A stretch of DNA of 64,000 nt, taken from the IMG/VR virus record IMGVR_UViG_3300002026_000015, positions 44,628 to 108,627 of that record; one strand, 5' to 3'. This stretch comes from a virus. The position numbers and the translations under genes were made by a program. Positions 37,423-47,572 of this stretch are shown one piece after another; positions within the stretch are counted from its first letter, which is position 1; every line of letters starts with the position of its first letter. The notes under the pieces are model-generated. The model did not search any database, was not told where the DNA came from, and worked only from the letters and a program-made list of their open reading frames with translations.

Positions 37423-40400
37423 TCAAGAATCTAAAAACTTTCTAGCGATCTCCTTAGACTTCTCAACCATCACATGACTGAGAGTACCAATCATTAACGT
37501 CGAATATACCATACGCGCCATATTACTAAATGCACCCATAGTACCATCAAGTATAATTCCATCATCTGTAACAGGTTCTTTCCCTTCAGGAACAACCTGT
37601 GCAACAACGGATTTAATACAGCTAGATAATGTCAATTTGTCCCCTACGCCCATACCTTGTTCATGCTTGATATAATACTCAATTACAATGCCACCTTCAT
37701 CAGGGATAATGCAACCATTAATACGTTTATCAGCACCAGCTTGTAAAGGCTCAGTTTGTTTCAATTGCATCGTAGTTTTGATATTATCGATCCCAGAAGC
37801 CTTTTCAACTTTATTTCGAGCTTTCAGATCCTTAAACCAATCCATTACAAATTTATGAACTGAATCGCTCATAGTTTCCAATGGAACGGTATAATAAACT
37901 TTAATGTCAATAATCTCGCCAGTAGCATTAGCTTTAGGAGTCTGACGTGCCATAGCCATCACATCTTCGCTCATTTCGCCAAGGTCTCCCATAAGTTTAT
38001 TAACATCTTCATCTCCACTGTCTTCAAATACGAGAATAGGGTCACCTTTTAATACGTGATCTCCTCTTTTCTTAAATGAGACAATATTAGTATCTTTTGT
38101 AAGAACGATTTGTTTTCGTTTTACAACTTCAGTATATAGTTTTCTACTAAAGCGTTCGGTAATATTCGATGAGTCATCATCTGTTACAGATTTCTCATGA
38201 AGCACCAGCTTTGCGAGGACACCATCAACGCCTCTAATAGAACCAAATACATCCTTTTTGTAAAATTGCGCTTCATAGCCTAGTATATCACCTTTTTTAA
38301 ATTTTTGACCCTCTTTTACATTAGGGACGATATTATTTGGGAAATAGAAGGAACTATTACGCTGAACACTTTCGCCAATACCTATAGATTCCGAAGAACC
38401 ATCTGCATACTCAACGATCATGATTTTATTGGCTTCATCAATTCGTTTACACACACCATTGTTTCTAGCTTTAGGAACGTAGCTATTCCCTACCATATAT
38501 GGAGTACATTTATCCATACCGGTAGAAACAACTTGTAACGAAGCTTTTTTAACTTTGATAATGTGTTTAGTTTGACCAGATGTAAACCCAATTCGTTTAG
38601 GGTCATCATTACTATTAACAAATGCAATATTCGCTTCTTCAGGAGATGCAATATCGCCAAGTCTTAATTTTTTAGCTTCTTCTTTAGATCTACAAATATC
38701 AATATATCCGCGTGTAGATAATACATTTGGATTTGTAGTCAGCTGTTTAGTAATTCCAACACTTCCGTTATCTACGGAACTGATAGCAATCGTGCCAATA
38801 GCACTTCTATCATATGCACGTTTTTCAAGAGTAAACACGCGATCATTATTAATCCCGCCGGGCCCCTTGAAAGTTACAATAGATTTACTCTTCAACTCAT
38901 TTACAGGGTTTGTTGAATCATAATTCTCAAGAATAAATGATTTATGCAAACCTACCATAACCTGATCTTGTTGAATAGATATTCTACCTGTACCAGTATT
39001 GCTCTGTTTATAGAGTCTGTACTGAGCTGAGATAGCCTTGTACAGAATTACAGATACATTCTCGAATCCACGGATACGATAGTTCTCAAGAGAAGTTTCA
39101 GGAGTATACGTATTATCAGACAATAACGAATTTGCGTACAAGAAGAGTTCCAAGAAGTCTGTTGGAAGTTTCAGATCTATAAGAATCTCTTCAGTTATTT
39201 TATCGATAAATAACTCTTTGAATGCAGTATGACCTTTATATACATTTCTACTATGAGCAATTTCATAGAAGTAATCGATATAAGGTTTTTCAGTATCAAA
39301 ATCAGCAAATTCATAATCTTCACAATTCATATATGCAAGTCCATTGAGAAGAAGAGACGCGGAAGTATTTGTATCATTATAATACAAATATCCATCTTTA
39401 AATCTCACATAAACTCGTTCATCGTTTTGTAAACGTTTCTCAGCGAACTCAACTTTAATCTTATCAGTGTTAATAACTTTACTAAGACCATATAGAGCTC
39501 CCAAGAATGAAATCAAAGCGTAGTCTCTACTTTGAAGTTCAATTTTAGTAAACATTCGACGTTTCGCAATATTCATCGTTTTCAATACTTCATCAAGATT
39601 CTTCATAACCTGATACATGCGAATATCTTCAAAAATCTTATCACAAACGCTATCTGCGGAATCTCGGAGATCAACATCGATTACACGACGTTCTTTCCAG
39701 TCAATACCGACAGGGAGTCTGTTAACATCGAATTTGTATGTAAGGTTATTATCCTTAATCAATTTTCGAAGTTCTTTTTGATTGAAGATATATTCACTAT
39801 TGTGAAGTTTTGAAACCCCAACAATGAATCTATGATACTTCGCAGCGAGTACATCGTATTCGATATTAGTAATTACAGAAGTGTTTTCTTTACTATTATC
39901 ACCGAAGAATACTTTAAATCTTGGATTATTCACAAGATATTTATTAAGCAACTTCTGTAAGTAAGATACGTTTCTTGTAATTACATTACCTTGACGATAG
40001 ATAAAACATTTGTTATAATTTGAACTAATCATAACAAGGTCTGGTTTACACTTGATTACAGGAAGAAGTGTCAATTGTTTTTTCAATATCTTCTTATTCC
40101 CGCCAACGAGAAGGAAACCATCTTCATCGAGTTTTGGAATATCAACACGGACCGTATGACGTTTATCATTATCATCAACAAATTTAAACACATATGTGTA
40201 TTTATTTGTCAACTGATCAGACGTATCATGTTTTTCAACGTCAGTGATATGCATCGCAATACTCTTATTTTCGCTAAGACTCTTCATGACATTTACAATA
40301 TCATGCTCCATAGTCTTTTCAATATAAGAGCGTTCCATATCCATAAGGCGAGAACCCTTAACGGAATTATCACGAACTTTTACATCAGGCATAGATGTAT

Positions 40401-41928
40401 CAATAGATGTAACTTTATTATCCAAGATAATTTCTTCGATAGTCTTCTCACCTATTTTAAGAGATTTATATTTATCTCTTATAGCCTGACGTCTACGAAT
40501 CTGGGCAGGTGTAAGTTTAGGTTTATTACTTCTACTTACGGTTGCCAATAGATTTCGTATATCAGAATCCACATCTTCGTCTTTTGATCCAGTTTCGGTT
40601 CCGTCTTGTACGGTGCCTCCACTATCATCATTCCCATCTCCGACTCCGTCGTCCGATAACATCCCTTCATCGATTTCTTCTTCTTCAATAGGAATATCAT
40701 CAGGGATATCGTTAACGTCATCGATATCATCAACAATCTCAGCATCGGAACTCTCCTCTTCATCAATAAACACGTCGTTAATATCTTCATCACCATCATT
40801 TTTAACAGCTTTAGATGCCATCAAACCTTCAGCTTTTTGTTGAGCAAGTTTCGCAACTTTATCACTATTCAGCATCATATCGACAGCGCCATCAAGAACG
40901 TCATCTTTTTTATTGAGAATAGGTTTCTGAGTATCTATAACTGAATTTTCAATAGTCTCAACGGTATCGTCAATCATATCATCAGTTACACCAATTGCTT
41001 CAAGAGTTTCAGTATTATTTCTGAGAGTTATCTTACAAAGATCTCTCAATCTAGCTAATATCGAAACACCTTTCATTCTCTGAATATCTTTATCGTTATT
41101 GGAGTTAAAAATAAATCCATTACCGTTATTGTTGTAGAATACGATAGATGTATCTTTGATAAGATCATAAATCTTCACAAGAATAGGATCTTCTTTATAC
41201 CCAATAACTCCAGCGATTATACATCTGATGATAAATATAGGGATCATTTCATCCATAAGATTCTTAACTGCTCTAGGAATTTGAACAGATGGATCAATAT
41301 ATTTAACAAGATTAGAGTTGGAAGAAGACATTTTTATACCCATGACAATTTTACCATGAGTCTTACGAACACCCTCACCTACAGTGAAAAGGTCTGTAGT
41401 AAAGATTTCGGATTTACATTTTGGATCGTTCAATATGAAATTGAACCAATCGTAAAAGAATTCTTCAAAATGTTTAATAAACCTGTTATCTCCCCATACT
41501 GCATGGTTGTCAAATTTAGGAAATACATTTTCCAGAACTTTACCATAGTCGTAGATATAGTTTTTACGACCAGTTCTAACGAAAACAGTTTTCTTAGTTC
41601 TAAGAGATGGTAGATCTGAATTGATAACTCGTGGAATATTTTCATCATACTTGAAGAATTTTCTTGTAAAGATATTATCCTTTATACGAAATCTTCTAGG
41701 CATCCAGTAAAATGTGACACGCTCACCATATTTATAACCAAATATTGTTTGAATTCCATCCACAATATTATTTGTAGAAGATTCAAAAGGAAACACTAAG
41801 CCTACATTAACTTTATCATTATCAGTTATTCTAAGTCCTGTGGTATAATTTCCACCATTCTTAAATTTTCTGAGTCTTAAGCTTTTGTAGATTGAACTTA
41901 GTGTAGGCTGAATTACGTCATCAGACAT
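37423..41928 (-). CDS. Phage multisubunit RNA polymerase beta subunit, virion type (phiKZ gp178-like)
   Basis: DIPKLD..F..GG, KGPGG, DDPKRIGFTSGQTKH, DDDS, GVGDKL..KSVV, P...DG, ARM; ends before the beta C-terminal clamp part; late promoter. Confidence 0.9.
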   Translation of the reverse strand: MSDDVIQPTLSSIYKSLRLRKFKNGGNYTTGLRITDNDKVNVGLVFPFESSTNNIVDGIQTIFGYKYGERVTFYWMPRRFRIKDNIFTRKFFKYDENIPRVINSDLPSLRTKKTVFVRTGRKNYIYDYGKVLENVFPKFDNHAVWGDNRFIKHFEEFFYDWFNFILNDPKCKSEIFTTDLFTVGEGVRKTHGKIVMGIKMSSSNSNLVKYIDPSVQIPRAVKNLMDEMIPIFIIRCIIAGVIGYKEDPILVKIYDLIKDTSIVFYNNNGNGFIFNSNNDKDIQRMKGVSILARLRDLCKITLRNNTETLEAIGVTDDMIDDTVETIENSVIDTQKPILNKKDDVLDGAVDMMLNSDKVAKLAQQKAEGLMASKAVKNDGDEDINDVFIDEEESSDAEIVDDIDDVNDIPDDIPIEEEEIDEGMLSDDGVGDGNDDSGGTVQDGTETGSKDEDVDSDIRNLLATVSRSNKPKLTPAQIRRRQAIRDKYKSLKIGEKTIEEIILDNKVTSIDTSMPDVKVRDNSVKGSRLMDMERSYIEKTMEHDIVNVMKSLSENKSIAMHITDVEKHDTSDQLTNKYTYVFKFVDDNDKRHTVRVDIPKLDEDGFLLVGGNKKILKKQLTLLPVIKCKPDLVMISSNYNKCFIYRQGNVITRNVSYLQKLLNKYLVNNPRFKVFFGDNSKENTSVITNIEYDVLAAKYHRFIVGVSKLHNSEYIFNQKELRKLIKDNNLTYKFDVNRLPVGIDWKERRVIDVDLRDSADSVCDKIFEDIRMYQVMKNLDEVLKTMNIAKRRMFTKIELQSRDYALISFLGALYGLSKVINTDKIKVEFAEKRLQNDERVYVRFKDGYLYYNDTNTSASLLLNGLAYMNCEDYEFADFDTEKPYIDYFYEIAHSRNVYKGHTAFKELFIDKITEEILIDLKLPTDFLELFLYANSLLSDNTYTPETSLENYRIRGFENVSVILYKAISAQYRLYKQSNTGTGRISIQQDQVMVGLHKSFILENYDSTNPVNELKSKSIVTFKGPGGINNDRVFTLEKRAYDRSAIGTIAISSVDNGSVGITKQLTTNPNVLSTRGYIDICRSKEEAKKLRLGDIASPEEANIAFVNSNDDPKRIGFTSGQTKHIIKVKKASLQVVSTGMDKCTPYMVGNSYVPKARNNGVCKRIDEANKIMIVEYADGSSESIGIGESVQRNSSFYFPNNIVPNVKEGQKFKKGDILGYEAQFYKKDVFGSIRGVDGVLAKLVLHEKSVTDDDSSNITERFSRKLYTEVVKRKQIVLTKDTNIVSFKKRGDHVLKGDPILVFEDSGDEDVNKLMGDLGEMSEDVMAMARQTPKANATGEIIDIKVYYTVPLETMSDSVHKFVMDWFKDLKARNKVEKASGIDNIKTTMQLKQTEPLQAGADKRINGCIIPDEGGIVIEYYIKHEQGMGVGDKLTLSSCIKSVVAQVVPEGKEPVTDDGIILDGTMGAFSNMARMVYSTLMIGTLSHVMVEKSKEIARKFLDS

Positions 41929-41959
41929 AAGTACCCCTCGTTTATTCATTGTTGACATA

Positions 41960-41971
41960 CATTAGTATGTT
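41960..41971 (-). promoter_or_regulatory. Putative late promoter
   Basis: Minus strand AACA-TACTAA-TG. Confidence 0.7.
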
Positions 41972-42032
41972 TTCTGATAGTTACATGAACGTTATATTGT
42001 AGAGAATTATTTATTTATTCCAAGGAGAATAT

Positions 42033-43028
42033 ATGTCAGAGTTCAAACTTCCGTTCGACATTTCAGACCTTCATCAGATAATTCTGATTATCGGCGAACG
42101 TTACAAAACGTCACAAGTTACAAAAGCTATCGAAGGAATTAAAGGTATTTCAAACGTTAAACTTTTGAATCCTTTCACTGTTTCGGTAAATGCGTATGTA
42201 GATTTTATTTGGAAACAAGAAGAAGGTGATTCTGTATCACGACTGTATGATACTTTCATCTCTATGATTACCGAATATATCGATTGTTCTGCTGCTGAGT
42301 TTTCAAGTCTCATTACAGCAGAAGATTCTGAAACTGGTATCTGTTTCATCGAATTTAAAGAATTCCTTGACGATCTTATTGAAATTGATCCAGATATGTC
42401 AATGGCTATGGCGTTTGATGCAATCTTCGATGAATATGCAAGACGCGATCCGGAAGATATCTATAAGTTTGAACAGAAAATTATCCTCGAAGAGGGTAAA
42501 ACACGTACATATCGTGCTGACAAACAACATCTTGCCGGTGCTTCATATTTCAACGATTCGTACAATTCTGGAATTCCCCCTATTACAAGGGATATTTACG
42601 CTGGATTTGAAGAGTATGATCCATATCTCAAAGCTCTTAAATTCAACTATGAAACTGACAGAGGTATCATTTCGCTTTTAATATCTATCGATCCTAAAGT
42701 AGATGTTAAAGAGCGTATATATCTCAGCGCGTACAACGGCGTTATTTGCAAGATTCATGAATTCTGTGGAGATGATTCATTGATTTCAACTATTCGCGGT
42801 CGAGCTGATGATTACATCAATCGTTCTGTAGTACGTTTCGATATCACAAATATCTCACGTGTTTACAGAGATCAGTCAATTAAGAAGGATTTCGATCTGA
42901 TTTCTTCTCTTAAAAAAGAACAACTTTCTGAACGTCAGGGATCAACGTCTTTGTACAATGCATCACTGTATACAGCGTTTACTAAGATTACCGAAGATAT
43001 CGAAAAATTGTCTTGTTACGTAAAATAA
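42033..43028 (+). CDS. Hypothetical protein
   Basis: AAGGAG RBS; followed by terminator. Confidence 0.85.
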   Translation: MSEFKLPFDISDLHQIILIIGERYKTSQVTKAIEGIKGISNVKLLNPFTVSVNAYVDFIWKQEEGDSVSRLYDTFISMITEYIDCSAAEFSSLITAEDSETGICFIEFKEFLDDLIEIDPDMSMAMAFDAIFDEYARRDPEDIYKFEQKIILEEGKTRTYRADKQHLAGASYFNDSYNSGIPPITRDIYAGFEEYDPYLKALKFNYETDRGIISLLISIDPKVDVKERIYLSAYNGVICKIHEFCGDDSLISTIRGRADDYINRSVVRFDITNISRVYRDQSIKKDFDLISSLKKEQLSERQGSTSLYNASLYTAFTKITEDIEKLSCYVK

Positions 43029-43031
43029 AAT

Positions 43032-43063
43032 AAGTAGCCAGGGAGAAATCCCTGGTTATTTAT
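43032..43063 (+). terminator. Terminator, GAAA tetraloop
   Basis: TAGCCAGGGA-GAAA-TCCCTGGTTA. Confidence 0.75.
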
Positions 43064-43118
43064 TAAATTCATTTCCTGAGTATATATAGAATCTTGAAAA
43101 TAAACAAGGGAGATTTCT

Positions 43119-43808
43119 ATGAAAAGACCTGAAATGATAATGCGTATAAATACGTATTGTAGAGTTGTTGAGAGAATCTATAATAGTATAGATGAGATCG
43201 ATCAAGAAGAGTATGATATAAATATGGTAATCAAATGCTGCAAAGGTCTGTTACCATATCATGGAGGGTTATATTCTGAGAGTGGTTGTATATGGAGATA
43301 TGTTGATGATCTTCCATTTTTGAAAGCTAATTACGATTTCCAAGATACACTATTATTTGGAAATAAACTTGTCCTAGCAAGTGACAATGATCGTATAGAT
43401 GATGCAAATTTAGCATACTCTAAAAACGATTGGTTATTAGATATTTCAAATATTGATATCGAACAAGATTATCCTAAAGTTCAGTCGACCTTATACAAAG
43501 CGATTAGAAATAATGCACTTGTTACAAAAGACATATCTTATCCCGACATATGGAAATTCGCAGTAGTTCAAACAGATCTACTTGGAAATATTATACAAAT
43601 ATTTCCAAATTTATCTCATGTATATGAAAAATTTGGAATGAAACGATCTACTATAAAGAAATTTTTAGATACTGAAGAACCTATGTATAATTATAAATGG
43701 TATAAATATCCAACATTGTTTTCATTATACCAAAATATCTACAACAGTTTCATCTCATCAATGTTTAATTTTACAGGATTTTATATAGATCCGATGAAAA
43801 AGTACTAA
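43119..43808 (+). CDS. Tandem NUMOD1/IENR1-like DNA-binding protein, no evident nuclease domain
   Basis: RIYNSIDE..IKCCKG..GCIWRY and VVQTDLLGNIIQIFPNLS..IKK..YNYKWY; no HNH or GIY-YIG motif. Confidence 0.65.
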   Translation: MKRPEMIMRINTYCRVVERIYNSIDEIDQEEYDINMVIKCCKGLLPYHGGLYSESGCIWRYVDDLPFLKANYDFQDTLLFGNKLVLASDNDRIDDANLAYSKNDWLLDISNIDIEQDYPKVQSTLYKAIRNNALVTKDISYPDIWKFAVVQTDLLGNIIQIFPNLSHVYEKFGMKRSTIKKFLDTEEPMYNYKWYKYPTLFSLYQNIYNSFISSMFNFTGFYIDPMKKY

Positions 43809-44440
43809 AAATCTCTGACACTTTTAGTCGAAATTTGGAGTAGAATTTTTACTCCATTTTTCGAGTTTTAACGTTTTTCGAACTTAAAATATTCCTACTC
43901 ATATACGAAAGTATATTTTCGTCATTTTTCACTTTTTTGACTAATTTTGTCATCGACAATCCCACTGTTTACGTTAAAAACGTGTTGGAAAAGGGGAGTA
44001 AATTGAACCCCAAATTATATATATAGTAGTGTACTACTATATACGATAAATCTTAAAAAAGAGAATAGAATTAAATATAATCAAATAATGATAAGTAAGC
44101 GAATGCACGATATGATGGACGACCGCAGGGAAGTGATCACGATAGTAAATATTAATCAGAGATAGTCAAGAAGTAATCAGAGAATGAAATGAGAACGAAC
44201 GAAGTGAGATAAGTATAATAATAACTTCTATATAATGGATGGGAGTATTTTTGTTTCTCGCGTTTTTCGAGAAACCTTTTTTTTTCATACATGGAATGTT
44301 AAAATTGAAATATAATTATTTATCTGTGATTCCCTTCGGGTTTAGATTATGCTCCCGGAGGTCGCGTTAGTTACAACGTAATTCAAATATCTTAATATCC
44401 TACGATGGACAATCTATTGATTATTTACCAATAAACTTTT
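43809..44440. other. Largest non-coding region; candidate replication origin
   Basis: T tracts, palindromes, strand-composition switch, mini-hairpin motifs; upstream of helicase operon. Confidence 0.45.
44020..44043. repeat. 11-bp perfect inverted repeat
   Basis: TATATAGTAGT-GT-ACTACTATATA. Confidence 0.85.
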
Positions 44441-44454
44441 CAGGGAGTTAAGAG

Positions 44455-45561
44455 ATGTCAGTAGCGACTCTTGTAAAATCACGGACTAGTGATAAAATTA
44501 ATACTGAGAAAGTCACAATCATTCCAAAGATTAAGAAAACGACAAATCGAGTTCATTTCATTAGTCTTAAAAAGAAAGATGGTGACAAGCCGTCTAAAGT
44601 GGAAATGCATACAACCGACATGATTAAAAATATCGATCTGTATGCTCGTGTGATTATGAATGTCCAACTGTTGAACTACAATCTCATCGACGAACTGTTT
44701 GATTTGTCTGAAGATATTGTAAGCGTATTCTGCGAAGGTAATGATATTGAAGACATTTTCCCACCAGTAAGAGTCTTGGAAACTACCAAGAAAGACTTCA
44801 GTGGTAAGAAAGCTAAAAATATCAAAGTTGTTACTTGGATGACGGTTGATATTCCATACATCGATGGTAAACTTGAAGAGCTCAATGTAATTATCAATAT
44901 TATAAATGGTAAATATAAAGATGCTTGTAAAGAATGCGGTGTTAGCGGAAATGAAAGTTATATAGTTGCAAAACTTATGGCTGAAATCAAATCCGTAGCA
45001 GTTGAAAATCAATATTCAATGTATATCGCTGCCAACTTTCAGAAGCCTACTAAAAACGTATGCAACATCACTGCAAGACTGAATCATCCAAGTTGGACAG
45101 ATCCAATCAGTTGGCCAACTGATAATACCCATTATAATCCTGGGTATGATATTCAGTTCCAAGAGTTTGGTGATCCTGAAGAGCATACTTACGATAGAGT
45201 TATCTTTGACGATAGAGTTCGTCTCCTCGAACTTACAGTCAACAGATATATTCTTAAAGCTGAAAAAACTTATCTGCCATATCTCTCGTCAAGAACTATC
45301 TTTATTGATAAGAAAGAAGTTAACAAACCTCTTATTTCTAAAGATAATGATGGAAACATCATCTTGAGAGAAATCAAAATATCTATGAAGGAAAATCCTT
45401 CTACAATTGATTCTATCGAATCTACTGTCTACAATTTCGTATCTTCGAATTCTAGACTTAGTCGAGACAAGATTATCAAATTCTCAAATCTCGTCGGAAT
45501 CACAGCCTCTAAGCCTGTAATGGATAGATGGATTAAAGATGTTTTAGAAATCAATGGTTAA
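44455..45561 (+). CDS. Hypothetical protein upstream of helicase
   Basis: GGGAG RBS; late-like variant GACA-ATCTAT-TG upstream. Confidence 0.85.
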   Translation: MSVATLVKSRTSDKINTEKVTIIPKIKKTTNRVHFISLKKKDGDKPSKVEMHTTDMIKNIDLYARVIMNVQLLNYNLIDELFDLSEDIVSVFCEGNDIEDIFPPVRVLETTKKDFSGKKAKNIKVVTWMTVDIPYIDGKLEELNVIINIINGKYKDACKECGVSGNESYIVAKLMAEIKSVAVENQYSMYIAANFQKPTKNVCNITARLNHPSWTDPISWPTDNTHYNPGYDIQFQEFGDPEEHTYDRVIFDDRVRLLELTVNRYILKAEKTYLPYLSSRTIFIDKKEVNKPLISKDNDGNIILREIKISMKENPSTIDSIESTVYNFVSSNSRLSRDKIIKFSNLVGITASKPVMDRWIKDVLEING

Positions 45562-45598
45562 AACTTAAATCGAACGTTATCTAGTTCGAGAGGTGTCT

Positions 45599-47272
45599 AT
45601 GGTTAAGAAAGCGAAAAAGAAGCTCAAACTACCTGCTATTATGAATAGTCGGTTTTTGTTAGCTCTGCTAAAAGTTGTCATGCACGGTGAGATTGGAGTT
45701 TCAAAACTCACCATGATTGGCACTTTAATGAAAATGGTAGATATAGGTTCATACAGTAAAGATATAGAGATTGTATCAATTTATAAATCTTTAGAAATTG
45801 CTTTGGATTGTAAGATTGATGATATCAAAGACAATCAGCTCATAATGAGTTTGATTGAAACTAGTATTCATAATGAAGACAATACCGAAATAGTTTCAGG
45901 ACTTGTTGAACCAATAGTTCTTGGCATCATGAAGCTTCAAGAAAAAGAAATTTCATGGACACTGACTACTGTATCAACTTATTCTAAAGCTGGATTCCTT
46001 CTGGAATACAAAGATAGTATTATCGACAAGCTTATGAATATTGAGACTGGTAGTTCTTATGGTGTAGAAAGTGTAGTTGACGAATTCCAAAAAGAAATCG
46101 CTGAATTACACATGAAACTCCATAAAACCTTAAGTTCTGATAGTTTGAGTACAACTGAGCCTGTATCAATCTCTGATCCAGAATTCATGAGTAAGTATTT
46201 CAAAAAAGTTTATGATATGAGTAAACGAAGTACGAAAGTCTTGAAAACTGGTATTAAGAAATTGAATGAGATGCTTAGTGAAGAAGGTGGATTCTTAACT
46301 GGTAAAATGTATACCATATACGCTCCAACTAACTCCTTTAAAACTGGATTACTTCTTTATATTGCGAAATGGATTCAGCAGTATAATAGTGATGCATATT
46401 TGGAGAAGTTTAAAGAGAATGGAAAGCGACCAACGATTGTTGTAGTATCTCTTGAAAATACATGGGATGAAAACACTGAGAGATTATTCTCTATGTTTTC
46501 CGGATGTAATATGCGGGATGTTAAAACATTTGATGAAGCTTCTAATATGTGGCGTACAAACGTTTATCGTACAAATTCAATTATTGATATTTGTATGGTT
46601 TATGGTAAAGCTGGAAGATTTAGTCCTTCAGATCTCGAATATCGAATTGACGAAATTGAAGCTGCTGGCGGTCATGTTATTGCATCTATTTTAGACTATG
46701 CGCGTATTATGAGAGATGATTTATCAAATCCTGATCCTCGTGTAAAAGCTATAAATATTTTCACTGACCTGCACGAAATAGTGGCTGTAAGACCAGATAT
46801 GGTAATGATAACTGCTCACCACACTAACCGTGAAGGTGACAAATTGTTAACAGATGTGGCAGATAGAGGAGGCGTGGATAAGGTTAAAGTGCTCGGTAGA
46901 CAACACTTGACAGAAGCTCATGGTGTTGAAGATGCTATCGATGCTTCCATATTCATTAACCCGGAAATATCACCTTATACCGGAGAAAGTTATCTAACTT
47001 TCAAGAAAGGTAAAATGCGATATAAGCGAACTCCTCTAGAATATTTTGCTCATAAACTTGTGAATAGATTCTTCCTAACTGATGATATTGATCTCGAACA
47101 CTCGTTATCAATAGAATCTCTAGCTCAAACTTCTCAGGAACACGATGGGGAAGCAGTGTACAGTAATGAGAGAGCTGGATCTAAAGGTAGAGTTTCTGCA
47201 AGACGGATTGAGGAAAAGCCTAAGAATGTGATATTCTTTGATAGTGGCGAAGATGAGAATTTAGCCGCTTAA
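45599..47272 (+). CDS. dnaB: DnaB-like replicative helicase
   Basis: KTGIKKLNEML..GGF..G, variant Walker A APTNSFKT, SLEN, LDY, ITAHHTNR, KMR. Confidence 0.85.
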   Translation: MVKKAKKKLKLPAIMNSRFLLALLKVVMHGEIGVSKLTMIGTLMKMVDIGSYSKDIEIVSIYKSLEIALDCKIDDIKDNQLIMSLIETSIHNEDNTEIVSGLVEPIVLGIMKLQEKEISWTLTTVSTYSKAGFLLEYKDSIIDKLMNIETGSSYGVESVVDEFQKEIAELHMKLHKTLSSDSLSTTEPVSISDPEFMSKYFKKVYDMSKRSTKVLKTGIKKLNEMLSEEGGFLTGKMYTIYAPTNSFKTGLLLYIAKWIQQYNSDAYLEKFKENGKRPTIVVVSLENTWDENTERLFSMFSGCNMRDVKTFDEASNMWRTNVYRTNSIIDICMVYGKAGRFSPSDLEYRIDEIEAAGGHVIASILDYARIMRDDLSNPDPRVKAINIFTDLHEIVAVRPDMVMITAHHTNREGDKLLTDVADRGGVDKVKVLGRQHLTEAHGVEDAIDASIFINPEISPYTGESYLTFKKGKMRYKRTPLEYFAHKLVNRFFLTDDIDLEHSLSIESLAQTSQEHDGEAVYSNERAGSKGRVSARRIEEKPKNVIFFDSGEDENLAA

Positions 47273-47279
47273 TGATTAT

Positions 47280-47291
47280 AACATTCTAGTG
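47280..47291 (+). promoter_or_regulatory. Putative late promoter with no downstream protein gene
   Basis: AACA-TTCTAG-TG. Confidence 0.65.
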
Positions 47292-47572
47292 GTAAGAAGT
47301 AGGTATCGTTGTTGACGTTATATATCATGCGCATTATTCTAATCGCTGATCGGAAATAATAAATTACAACAACTTGAATTACACGAAAACCTCACTGGGC
47401 GTAGAACATTCGGTATTTAAAAGAATAAACAACTCCCCGTTTCTTTTAAATATACACCATATATATTGACCACTGGAACCTCTCGGTGCACGTTCTAACT
47501 CAGTATATATTGGATCCGTATTTTTTAGTGATTGCTAGATAGTTGGGTCGAAAGGCCCAGCTATTTATTTTT
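47291..47572 (+). ncRNA. Candidate ~280-nt structured late non-coding RNA
   Basis: Promoter at 5' end, GAAA terminator at 3' end, several long stems, no RBS-supported ORF. Confidence 0.55.
47539..47572 (+). terminator. Intrinsic terminator, GAAA tetraloop
   Basis: ATAGTTGGGTC-GAAA-GGCCCAGCTAT plus T-rich tail. Confidence 0.8.

Noticed and set aside
43119-43808. Free-standing homing endonuclease
   Set aside because: Only NUMOD1-like modules are visible; no HNH, GIY-YIG or LAGLIDADG motif.
46320-46345. Non-canonical helicase Walker A (APTNSFKT) as a sign of inactivation
   Set aside because: The catalytic Lys-Thr is retained and similar variants occur in phiKZ-like DnaB proteins.
47394-47460. 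tRNA- or tmRNA-like look (GGGCGTAGAACATTCGGTA...ACACCA)
   Set aside because: No TTCRA T-loop, no cloverleaf, no acceptor stem closing at CCA and no plausible tag frame; kept only as an unclassified ncRNA candidate.
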